From: a virus
Taxonomy: Duplodnaviria; Caudoviricetes
DNA length: 30,209 bases
IMG/VR virus record: IMGVR_UViG_3300008255_000351
Coordinates: 1 to 30,209 of that record
Direction: 5' to 3' (one strand)
Below the pieces are notes generated by a model. The model did not search any database and was not told the origin of the DNA. It saw nothing but the letters and a program-made list of their open reading frames with translations. Shown one piece after another: positions 22,986 to 30,209 of the stretch; positions within the stretch are counted from its first letter, which is position 1, and each line of letters opens with the position of its first letter. Both the position numbers and the translations under genes were made by a program.

Positions 22986-24811
22986 TGGAGTACACGCCGA
23001 TCAACATCGACAACGTGCCGTCCATGCTGACGGCGTACACGGAGCGCTGGCGCGAGCGCGACGAGCGCATGGACATCATCGACGCGGCCGTGAAGGGTGA
23101 GTTCGGCCTGACCGACGAGTTCGGTGACTCGGTCGACAACAAGTCCCCGAACATGGTGCAGGTCGCCCTGGAGGACACCGCCGAGGCCGCCTCGATCGTG
23201 CCGTCGGTGCGCGTCACGCCCTCGCGCCAGTCGCTGAAGGACAAGGCCGCGGCGATGGAGCGCATGGGGTCCGCGTACCTCGACTTCTCGCAGATCGAGC
23301 TGCTCACGATCCGCTCGCTGATGGACCTGTGCGCCTACGGCCAGCTCTCGTGGGTGGTCGAGCTGGACGACGAGTCCGGCTCGCCGGTCATCAAGTGGCG
23401 CAACCCGCGGTTCTGCTACCAGGAGGCCGGGTGGCACACCATGGACTCCACCCGCAAGGCCCTGTTCGTGCGTCAGCTCTACGTGTCGCAGCTCCCGCTG
23501 GAGTGGCAGGTGAAGATCTACACCCACGTCGACAAGGACTTCCCGTCCCAGACGCCGGAATGGTGGGAGGACCAGGAGATCACGATCGTCGAGATCTTCA
23601 CCGAGAAGGAGATCGTGACGGCCGCGGTCTACCAGTCGACCTCGCGCACCGTCCCGTCCGCGTCGCGCCGCTCGTACATCCCGATCGAACTGGACCGCCG
23701 ACAGACCGCCGGTGGGATCTGCCCGGTGATCGTCGCCGAGCGCATCTCGCTCGACGGCCAGCCGCGCGGCCAGTTCGACCAGATCGTCCGGGTCATGGAA
23801 GGCCACATCCGGCTCCTGTCGACCCTCATGGACTACGCCGACCAGGCGGTCTACTCGGACGTCTGGGTGAAGGACCTGATCGGCACGATGCCGGTCGGTG
23901 GTGGCTCGTACATCCAGCTCGGCCCGCAGGGCGCCATCGGTCGTGTGCAGCCCGCGGTCTCGTCGCTGCAGGTGTTCGAAGAGCTGGACCGCCTCATGGA
24001 GGGCATGCACCTCGGTGGCCGCTGGCCGAAGGTCCGCCCGGGCGAGGTGTCGCAGTCGATCGCGTCCGCCAAGTTCATCGAGGCCTCGGCCGGGATGATG
24101 AACACGACCATCCGGACGCTGCACTTCATCATGAAGCGCGCGATCGAGCAGGCCCTCCGGGTGTGCTTCGTGGTCGACAAGGCGCAGGGCGCCGACCGCG
24201 CCGTGTCGGGGATCCTCCGCAACCAGCAGTTCATGATCGATCGCGACCGCGACGACATCGACCTGGAGGCCCGCGTGCGGGCCGAGTACGGCATGGGGCT
24301 CGGCCGTGAACCGGCCCAGGCGATGGTGCTCGGCATCCAGGCCCAGCAGGCCGGGCTCGTCTCGACCGAGTACGTGCAGGAGAATTTCGAGGGCATCCAG
24401 GACGTCGAGCTGGAGCGCCGCCGGATCGACGTGCAGGGCATGCGGGACATGGCGCTAGCGCGCCTCATGCAGGGCATGGAGACCGGCGAGGTCCCGATCT
24501 CGGCCCTCACGAAGATCGCGAAGGCCCGCATGAACGGCGACGACCTGTTCGACCTGTTCGACGAGTACATCGTGAAGCCGCAGGAGGAGATGCAGGACCA
24601 GCAGCTCACGAGCGGCATCGATGGTAGTGCCATGATGCCCGGCGCGGCGCCCGCCGGAATGCTTGGGGTGGCCCCGCCACCGGCCCCGCCCGCCGAGGAG
24701 CTACTCGGGGGCGGGCCGGGAGGCCCGCCGGAGTCGATCAGTAGGACTTCGGTCCCGATGGGTCAGGGCTCGTTCGCTGGCGTCCAGTCCCAGATGGGCG
24801 GTCCTGCCTAG
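22985..24811 (+). CDS. portal protein
   Basis: 608 aa directly after terL; helical character; GQPRGQFDQ segment; Pro/Gly-rich C-terminal tail. Confidence 0.8.
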   Translation: MEYTPINIDNVPSMLTAYTERWRERDERMDIIDAAVKGEFGLTDEFGDSVDNKSPNMVQVALEDTAEAASIVPSVRVTPSRQSLKDKAAAMERMGSAYLDFSQIELLTIRSLMDLCAYGQLSWVVELDDESGSPVIKWRNPRFCYQEAGWHTMDSTRKALFVRQLYVSQLPLEWQVKIYTHVDKDFPSQTPEWWEDQEITIVEIFTEKEIVTAAVYQSTSRTVPSASRRSYIPIELDRRQTAGGICPVIVAERISLDGQPRGQFDQIVRVMEGHIRLLSTLMDYADQAVYSDVWVKDLIGTMPVGGGSYIQLGPQGAIGRVQPAVSSLQVFEELDRLMEGMHLGGRWPKVRPGEVSQSIASAKFIEASAGMMNTTIRTLHFIMKRAIEQALRVCFVVDKAQGADRAVSGILRNQQFMIDRDRDDIDLEARVRAEYGMGLGREPAQAMVLGIQAQQAGLVSTEYVQENFEGIQDVELERRRIDVQGMRDMALARLMQGMETGEVPISALTKIAKARMNGDDLFDLFDEYIVKPQEEMQDQQLTSGIDGSAMMPGAAPAGMLGVAPPPAPPAEELLGGGPGGPPESISRTSVPMGQGSFAGVQSQMGGPA

Positions 24812-24833
24812 TCCGGGACTGGTGTGGTACACT
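24810..24833 (+). promoter_or_regulatory. operator plus extended -10 promoter of the sRNA/tRNA cluster
   Basis: AGTCCGGGACTGG-TGTGG-TACACT. Confidence 0.8.
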
Positions 24834-24838
24834 GGTCT

Positions 24839-24945
24839 TCGTCGGAACTCCTCTCGTCCGACGAGACGTCAACCCCCCGCCCGTGGATCCCGACCCACCG
24901 CCTTCTTGCTGGCGGTCAGTAGGACGGCACGGGCGGGGGGTGTGA
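24839..24945 (+). ncRNA. candidate trans-acting antisense sRNA with an anti-RBS loop
   Basis: Stem TCGTCGGA/TCCGACGA with loop ACTCCTCTCG; second domain closed by CCCCCCGCCCGT/ACGGGCGGGGGG with inner ACCGCC/GGCGGT. Confidence 0.6.
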
Positions 24946-24952
24946 TGAACGG

Positions 24953-25028
24953 AGCGGTGTGGGGGAGTTTGGTCGTCCCCGGCGGGTTCATACCCCGCAG
25001 ATCGCAGGTTCGAATCCTGCCACCGCCA
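24953..25028 (+). tRNA. tRNA-Met (CAT), initiator-like
   Basis: Acceptor aGCGGTG/CACCGCc with a 1:72 mismatch; D stem GGGG/CCCC; anticodon stem GCGGG-TT CAT AC-CCCGC; T arm GCAGG-TTCGAAT-CCTGC; no encoded CCA. Confidence 0.9.
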
Positions 25029-25031
25029 CGG

Positions 25032-25098
25032 AAGGCCGTAGCTCAATGGCAGAGCGCCCGACGGGGAGATGCGGGTTCGAGTCCCGCCGACCTACCCA
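25032..25098 (+). ncRNA. tRNA-like RNA with a truncated anticodon arm (or tRNA pseudogene)
   Basis: TA-GCTC-AATGGCA-GAGC D arm; GCGGG-TTCGAGT-CCCGC T arm; NCCA at the expected register; anticodon arm only CCC-GACG-GGG. Confidence 0.7.
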
Positions 25099-25117
25099 TC
25101 TTGCGGGGGTGTAACCG

Positions 25118-25528
25118 ATGGAACCAGGACAGCCCGACGTGGTGAACCAGCTGCCCGCGACAGGGAACCCGATGGAGCCCCAGTCCGGGACCTACGGTCG
25201 TGTCGCCGACACCGATCGTCTCAAGCAGCAGCTCGATCTCCCCGGCGCCGGTCCTGGCGGTGCGGCCGTAAAGCCGACACCCCCGCCTCCCGGCATGCCG
25301 CAGGGCACCCAGATCACGCCACCCCCGGGTGGCGTGCCGGACGTCCTGATGAAGCCCACCTCCCGGCCGGACGTTCCGGCCTCGACCCCGTTGCAGGGGA
25401 CCGAGCCCCCGCCGTCGCAGACCGTCCAGAACCACATCGCTGCCCTGGAGGCGCTGCTGAACTCGCCCACGACCTCGCAGACCACGAAGCGTTGGGCTGA
25501 GACGGTCCTGGAGCGGTACCGCTCGTGA
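25118..25528 (+). CDS. Pro-rich hypothetical protein (possibly virion-associated)
   Basis: GGGGGTG SD; GTGA coupling to the next gene. Confidence 0.7.
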   Translation: MEPGQPDVVNQLPATGNPMEPQSGTYGRVADTDRLKQQLDLPGAGPGGAAVKPTPPPPGMPQGTQITPPPGGVPDVLMKPTSRPDVPASTPLQGTEPPPSQTVQNHIAALEALLNSPTTSQTTKRWAETVLERYRS

Positions 25529-28500
25529 CTGACTTCCTCGACTCGGCGTTCGAGGCGGTCGGCCGGGCGGCGAAGCCGCTCGCCCCGGCCATCGACTTCC
25601 TCGCCCCGACCAGTACCGGCCAGGGCGGCCAGGAGCTGTCGATCGGGAACCTGATCAACTCGGTCGGCCGCGGCATCCAGAATACGGTCGACGAGGGTCT
25701 CGTCGGGCTCGGGGCGGCCGCGTACAACGCGGCCACGATGCGCGGCATGTCGGCCCGCGACCGGCTCCTACTGGGCGGCATGGCGCTCGCCGGTGGGGCC
25801 ATGTCGGCCCGTGCGATCCACTCCGGGTGGAAGGCCAACCAGCCGGTCCGGATGCACGCCCGCACGATGCGCGCGCCGCTGGGCGAGGTCCCGGGCGGGT
25901 ACCCGCAGCTGACCGAAGGGCTCGGTGACCCGCACCGGTTCATCGACATCACCGCAGAGGCGCAGGACCTGGCGTTCCAGCGCCCAGGCATCAACCGCAA
26001 GCAGGCGCAGATCCTGGCGTCCGACGACGGGTTCGGTGTGGCTCGCGGGTTCGCTGCGTTCGACCCGGCCGACGAGGTGAAGCTCGCGTCCGCGGCCGGA
26101 CTGTTCGAGACCTACGCGGCCCGCGCCCCGGAGGGTGCCCGCGGCGCCCAGGTCGACTGGGCCCGGTTCTCGTACGCCATGGACACCGGCAAGGTGCGCG
26201 GTACGCCCGGCAACGCCAAGGTGAAGAAGCTCTGGAAGGCGGTGACCGAGACCCCTGAGGACGTCACCATGGAGCAGGCCGAGGAGCTGTTCGGCTACAT
26301 CCAGATGATCGGTGACCGCACCGACGGCATCACCGCGGACGACCTCTCGATCGGGCTCGCTGGCCGGGTCGAGCACATCGACTTCGTCGATGACGACGTC
26401 CGGTTCTTCGTGTCGCACCCGGTCGGGTGGAACGACGGCCAGTCGGTCGACCCGTACATCCGCGCGAAGCGCCTCCAGCAGCTCAACATCCGCCAGCTCG
26501 CTGACCGCGGCCACCGGATGATCCGGCAGCTGTTCGACATCGGCGACCAGCAGTACAAGCTCTTCCAGGAGACCGGCCAGACGGACCTGCCGAAGGGCAT
26601 GCACCTCGGTCGGGACTGGTACCCGGTCGCGCTCGACGACACGAAGAAGGCGTTCGGTGTCGACGACGGCGACGGACTGAACCGTGCGGTCGCGGCGGTC
26701 TCGTTCCTCTCGGAGGCCGAGGACTGGTCGACGAACGTGTACAAGGCGCGCCGGATCCTCGATCTGGCGGGCGACGTGTCGGACGAGGACTTCCAGGCCT
26801 GGCTGCGCGACGGCGTCACGCCGGACGCCTACGACTCGAAGGTCGCTCGGCACAAGTACACGGGCAAGCTCGCAAAGGAGCACAACCGCCGGTTCCATGA
26901 GATCTGGGACACCGTCAAGAACGGGCCTCCGGGGGAGCGCGGCTTCAAGGTCGACGAGAGGACCATGAAGAAGGTCCTTCGGCTCTACGGGGGCGTGGAG
27001 CCCGTCGATGACGTGTTCCGCTCGACGAAGGCCCGCAAGCAGAAGAACTTCTACCTGAACATCCGGTACCCGGACGGCGAGTGGCCCGTCACGATCGACC
27101 GGCACGCCTACGACGCGTTCTACGGCATGGACGCCGGGATCCAGGACCGTCCGATCGACTCAGCGATCGGCGACGGGGACCAGGCGTACGACGTGATCGC
27201 CGACACGTACCGGGCGGTCGCTCGTGAGCTGGCCGAGGAGTCCGGCGAGCAGGTCCTCCCGCACCAGGTGCAGGCCGTGGTGTGGGAGGTCTGGCGCATC
27301 CTGAAGGGCACGCAGGGCCGGGACGGCTGGGGCGCACGCTTGAACGGCGCGAGCACGCCCACCCCGTTCATGATGACGCTCCCGGACGAGGTCTCGAACC
27401 CCGTGTTCGACGCGCTCATGGGCAAGTCCGGCCTCACCGGTGCGCTCGGCCAGGACCTGTCGGGCCCGGTGCCGGTGACGCTCCTCGAAGCGTCCGACGT
27501 GAAGGGCCTGTCCGCGGTCTCGGTCGGCGACGACTACGTCGTGCTCGCCGACATGGACGACAAGGTCGCTGCCTCGGTCCGCACGAAGACCCCGGGCGTG
27601 ATCGGCACCGACCGCATCGCGCGCTGGGTCGACTCTGAGCCCCTCAAGGTGAGGTCGCTGGACGAGTTCGTCGCGACCGCCACCGAGGACGTCCACTGGA
27701 TGGAGACCACGCTCGCGTCGGACCACGTCGGTGGCGTGCACCCGGCGCTCCGGCCGGAGGACACGATCGTCGCGTACCTCGACGAGGGCGCCAAGGTGAA
27801 GACCCCTACTGGTGTCAAGGCCCGTCGCGCTGGCCGCGCCGCGGTCGACACGCAGGACCTGTCGTACGAGCGCCTCGGACCGGACGACATCGACCCGAAG
27901 AAGTGGCGGGGGAACGACTCGCCGCTCAACACGCACGCCTGGGCGGCGGTCTCGGCCGAGCTGACGCCCGAGCAGGTGAGCGCGTTCGGCGTACAGGGCC
28001 ACGACAACGTGGCCGCCACGAACCAGCTCCGCGCCGAGCTGCAGCGGCGGGGCTACAAGCCGATCGATCAGGAGGGGTTCTACGGGTCTGAGACCCCGGA
28101 GGTCTCGTTCCTGGTGTTCGGGATCTCGCCGCGCGAGGCGCGCGAGATCGGTGAGATGTTCCACCAGGACTCGGTGATCACGAACGACGGGTTCCTGTAC
28201 AACCGGAACGCCACGAACGACCCGGCCGACCTCGGCCGCCGTCGGGCCGCCCAGGGTCTGGAGCTGGATCCGCCGCAGGACCCGAGCCTCCCGCCCACGG
28301 AGTACTTCCGGTCGGAGCTGGTGATCGGCGGCAGGCGCCTGAAGTGGCGTCAGGACCTCGACTGGGACAACACCGAGGACGTCGCTGACGAGCTGATCGA
28401 TCAGCGCAAGACCTTGAACCGCGAGCGCGTCGAGATCGCGATCCCGCCCGGCCGGGACATCCACGAGCTGGTGTCCGACCTCGAAGGGCGCGGGTTCCGT

Positions 28501-29802
28501 GACGTCTCGGTCTACACGAACCGAGACCAGGTACCCGGGTTCGACCGGGCATACGAACGAGTCGTGACCGACGGGGCGGCCGTCACCGTCATCCGCACCG
28601 CTGATGGTGCGATCTCGGACCCTCACGGCTCGCACGTCTTTGTCCGGTCGAACTCTGGCCTCCCGAAGCGGGCGAAGAAGCCGCCCGCACCGGGCTGGCA
28701 GGACACCGGCGAAGGCGTGGCGATCGCGGGGAACACCCTCCTGGTCGACGGCCGGTTCCCGAGCGGCAACGTCGAGTTCACGGGCCCGTTCCAGGCGAAG
28801 CTGAACGGCCAGTCCCCGATCGCGTGGGGCTACGTGGACAACACCTTGACCCCGATCTTCGACGAGCTGGAGCTGAACTCCGGCCGGTTCCAGGCCACGA
28901 TCAGGGGCGACAAGATCACCCCGGCCGACGAGATGGACGTCACGGGCGCGATCCGCGCGCACCAGGCGCTCCGCGACGCCGGGTACCCGCAGGCGGTGCT
29001 CTCGAACGACAAGGGCAACGTCAAGAAGATGAAGCTCCAGACCTCGGAGGGGACGTTCTCGTTCGGCGAGGAGAAGGCCACGACAGCGTCCTCGGAGGTC
29101 GTCACGACCCGCAACGGCCTGGCCGCGGTGCAGTGGCACAACGACCGCAAGGTCCCCCGGTTCGAGCGCCAGTACGGCATGTCGCTCGACATCGGCTGGC
29201 GCGCCGGTCGCGCGAACCACGCGCTCGACGGTGCCATGGTCGAGCAGCTGGAGCAGGGGACGGGGCTCGTGTTCAACGAGCACGAGGCCGTGATCCACCG
29301 GGCGCGTCTGGTCGGCATCACCACCGAGAACGTCAACAAGAAGGACCCGGCGTACGCGTACTTCCCGTTCGCTCCGGACCAGCGGATCGTCCTTACCCGC
29401 GAGTTCTGGGAGGACCAGGCCCGGTTCGAGCGCCAGCTCGCCGAGGACCGCCAGACCGGGTGGATGACGCCTCGCGTCGAGCCCACGGCCCGCAGCATCA
29501 TCGTGCACGAGCTGGGCCACGTCATGCACCTGTCGGCCCGCATGGGCGAGGGTATGGTCATCAACTCGCCCATGGAGCGCGAGATCTTCAAGCTCGTGGG
29601 TGGGGCTCGCCAGCTCAATAAGGTCGCCGGGCGTGAGATCTCGACGACCGCCGGTACGGAGATCTCCGAGTTGATCGCCGAGTCCGTGACCGAGGTCCTG
29701 CTCTCGGACCGCCCCTCCAAGCTCGCCAGGGACGTGTATGCTGTCCTCACTGACCACCTGGGCGAGTACATGAAGCACCACAACATGAGGCCCACAGCAT
29801 GA
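25525..29802 (+). CDS. large multidomain protein (1425 aa), probably virion-internal, with a C-terminal zincin metallopeptidase
   Basis: WY...LS....W..N...KNFY.NI...VTIDRHA...Y...A...QVQAVVW domain; SAE...NQLRAEL..RGY...EGFYG..E.SFLV...FHQDSVI domain (DUF3293-like); VHELGHVMH...SELIAES. Confidence 0.75.
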   Translation: MTDFLDSAFEAVGRAAKPLAPAIDFLAPTSTGQGGQELSIGNLINSVGRGIQNTVDEGLVGLGAAAYNAATMRGMSARDRLLLGGMALAGGAMSARAIHSGWKANQPVRMHARTMRAPLGEVPGGYPQLTEGLGDPHRFIDITAEAQDLAFQRPGINRKQAQILASDDGFGVARGFAAFDPADEVKLASAAGLFETYAARAPEGARGAQVDWARFSYAMDTGKVRGTPGNAKVKKLWKAVTETPEDVTMEQAEELFGYIQMIGDRTDGITADDLSIGLAGRVEHIDFVDDDVRFFVSHPVGWNDGQSVDPYIRAKRLQQLNIRQLADRGHRMIRQLFDIGDQQYKLFQETGQTDLPKGMHLGRDWYPVALDDTKKAFGVDDGDGLNRAVAAVSFLSEAEDWSTNVYKARRILDLAGDVSDEDFQAWLRDGVTPDAYDSKVARHKYTGKLAKEHNRRFHEIWDTVKNGPPGERGFKVDERTMKKVLRLYGGVEPVDDVFRSTKARKQKNFYLNIRYPDGEWPVTIDRHAYDAFYGMDAGIQDRPIDSAIGDGDQAYDVIADTYRAVARELAEESGEQVLPHQVQAVVWEVWRILKGTQGRDGWGARLNGASTPTPFMMTLPDEVSNPVFDALMGKSGLTGALGQDLSGPVPVTLLEASDVKGLSAVSVGDDYVVLADMDDKVAASVRTKTPGVIGTDRIARWVDSEPLKVRSLDEFVATATEDVHWMETTLASDHVGGVHPALRPEDTIVAYLDEGAKVKTPTGVKARRAGRAAVDTQDLSYERLGPDDIDPKKWRGNDSPLNTHAWAAVSAELTPEQVSAFGVQGHDNVAATNQLRAELQRRGYKPIDQEGFYGSETPEVSFLVFGISPREAREIGEMFHQDSVITNDGFLYNRNATNDPADLGRRRAAQGLELDPPQDPSLPPTEYFRSELVIGGRRLKWRQDLDWDNTEDVADELIDQRKTLNRERVEIAIPPGRDIHELVSDLEGRGFRDVSVYTNRDQVPGFDRAYERVVTDGAAVTVIRTADGAISDPHGSHVFVRSNSGLPKRAKKPPAPGWQDTGEGVAIAGNTLLVDGRFPSGNVEFTGPFQAKLNGQSPIAWGYVDNTLTPIFDELELNSGRFQATIRGDKITPADEMDVTGAIRAHQALRDAGYPQAVLSNDKGNVKKMKLQTSEGTFSFGEEKATTASSEVVTTRNGLAAVQWHNDRKVPRFERQYGMSLDIGWRAGRANHALDGAMVEQLEQGTGLVFNEHEAVIHRARLVGITTENVNKKDPAYAYFPFAPDQRIVLTREFWEDQARFERQLAEDRQTGWMTPRVEPTARSIIVHELGHVMHLSARMGEGMVINSPMEREIFKLVGGARQLNKVAGREISTTAGTEISELIAESVTEVLLSDRPSKLARDVYAVLTDHLGEYMKHHNMRPTA

Positions 29803-30050
29803 TGTACCGATCGATCTGCACGAAGTGCGTCCACTTCGGGGCGTACAACACCGAGGACGACACCTCTCTCGTGACGTGCGAGGCCTTCCCGAACGGGATC
29901 CCCGACGAGATCCTCCGCACCGGGTTCGACCACCGTCAGCCGTTCGAGGGCGACGGTGGGATCCGGTTCACGCCGGACGGCCCGGTCGACCTGGAGTGGA
30001 TCGAGAAGACCGTGGAGGTCCGACCGGATCGAGACCCCGCCAACTGGTGA
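29799..30050 (+). CDS. small Cys-rich protein (CxxCxHF...CxAFPxGIP...DH..P..GD.GI.F), candidate peptidase partner or immunity protein
   Basis: ATGA coupling to the peptidase gene; recognisable motif. Confidence 0.7.
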   Translation: MMYRSICTKCVHFGAYNTEDDTSLVTCEAFPNGIPDEILRTGFDHRQPFEGDGGIRFTPDGPVDLEWIEKTVEVRPDRDPANW

Positions 30051-30074
30051 CACCCCTGCGGGGGTGAAGGCAGC

Positions 30075-30209
30075 ATGGAAGACCTTCTGGCCCCTGCCGC
30101 CACCCAGTTCGACGGAGCATCGAGCTTCGATGCGTCGTCCCTCGATGCCAACCTGCAGTCCATCTCAGCGGTCGAGCGCACATGGCGCGCTCCGGCGCTC
30201 CCGGACGAG
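30075..30209 (+). CDS. hypothetical protein (partial, runs off the window)
   Basis: GAAGG SD; MEDLLAPAATQFDGASSFD... open to the end. Confidence 0.55.
   Translation, partial: MEDLLAPAATQFDGASSFDASSLDANLQSISAVERTWRAPALPDE

Noticed and set aside
24847-24857. ACGAGAGGAG on the minus strand as the RBS of an antisense gene
   Set aside because: No start codon at SD distance (the nearest GTG is about 15 nt away), no credible ORF, and the adjacent promoter points in the + direction.
20446-29781. Long minus-strand ORFs (953, 396, 445 and 873 aa) and similar shadow ORFs across the window
   Set aside because: They are antisense or alternate-frame shadows of high-GC genes, with R/P/G-rich low-information translations and no RBS or motifs.

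Overview
High-GC tailed-phage DNA, most likely infecting an actinobacterium (Lsr2-like gene, TGnTAnnnT promoters, a leaderless mRNA). From about 250 to 13930 the minus strand carries replication, nucleotide-metabolism and accessory genes: tyrosine recombinase, dNMP kinase, HAD nucleotidase, DEDD exonuclease, Holliday-junction resolvase, primase, DnaB-like helicase, Lsr2-like protein, PDF-motif protein and a Cas4/RecB-like nuclease. A small plus-strand island at 14029-14904 includes an HTH regulator. From 14927 to 19546 is a minus-strand array of short early genes. Twelve of them are each preceded by the same structured leader: a 12-bp hairpin of 30 nt (31 in one copy), an ACY linker, a second hairpin, then an ACGAGAGGAG-type RBS. 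A non-coding control/end region at about 19620-20790 is followed by the plus-strand late module: HTH-fused large terminase, portal, an sRNA/tRNA cluster and a 1425-aa multidomain protein. The best candidate for a new system is this 12-copy leader, which resembles a tRNA minihelix (putative RNase P site), together with a separately promoted small RNA at about 24839-24945 whose hairpin loop (ACUCCUCUCG-U) is antisense to the shared RBS. Both are tied to a palindromic operator, CAGTCCNGGACTG, found at most promoters. All protein calls come from motif recognition by eye; no database searches were run.
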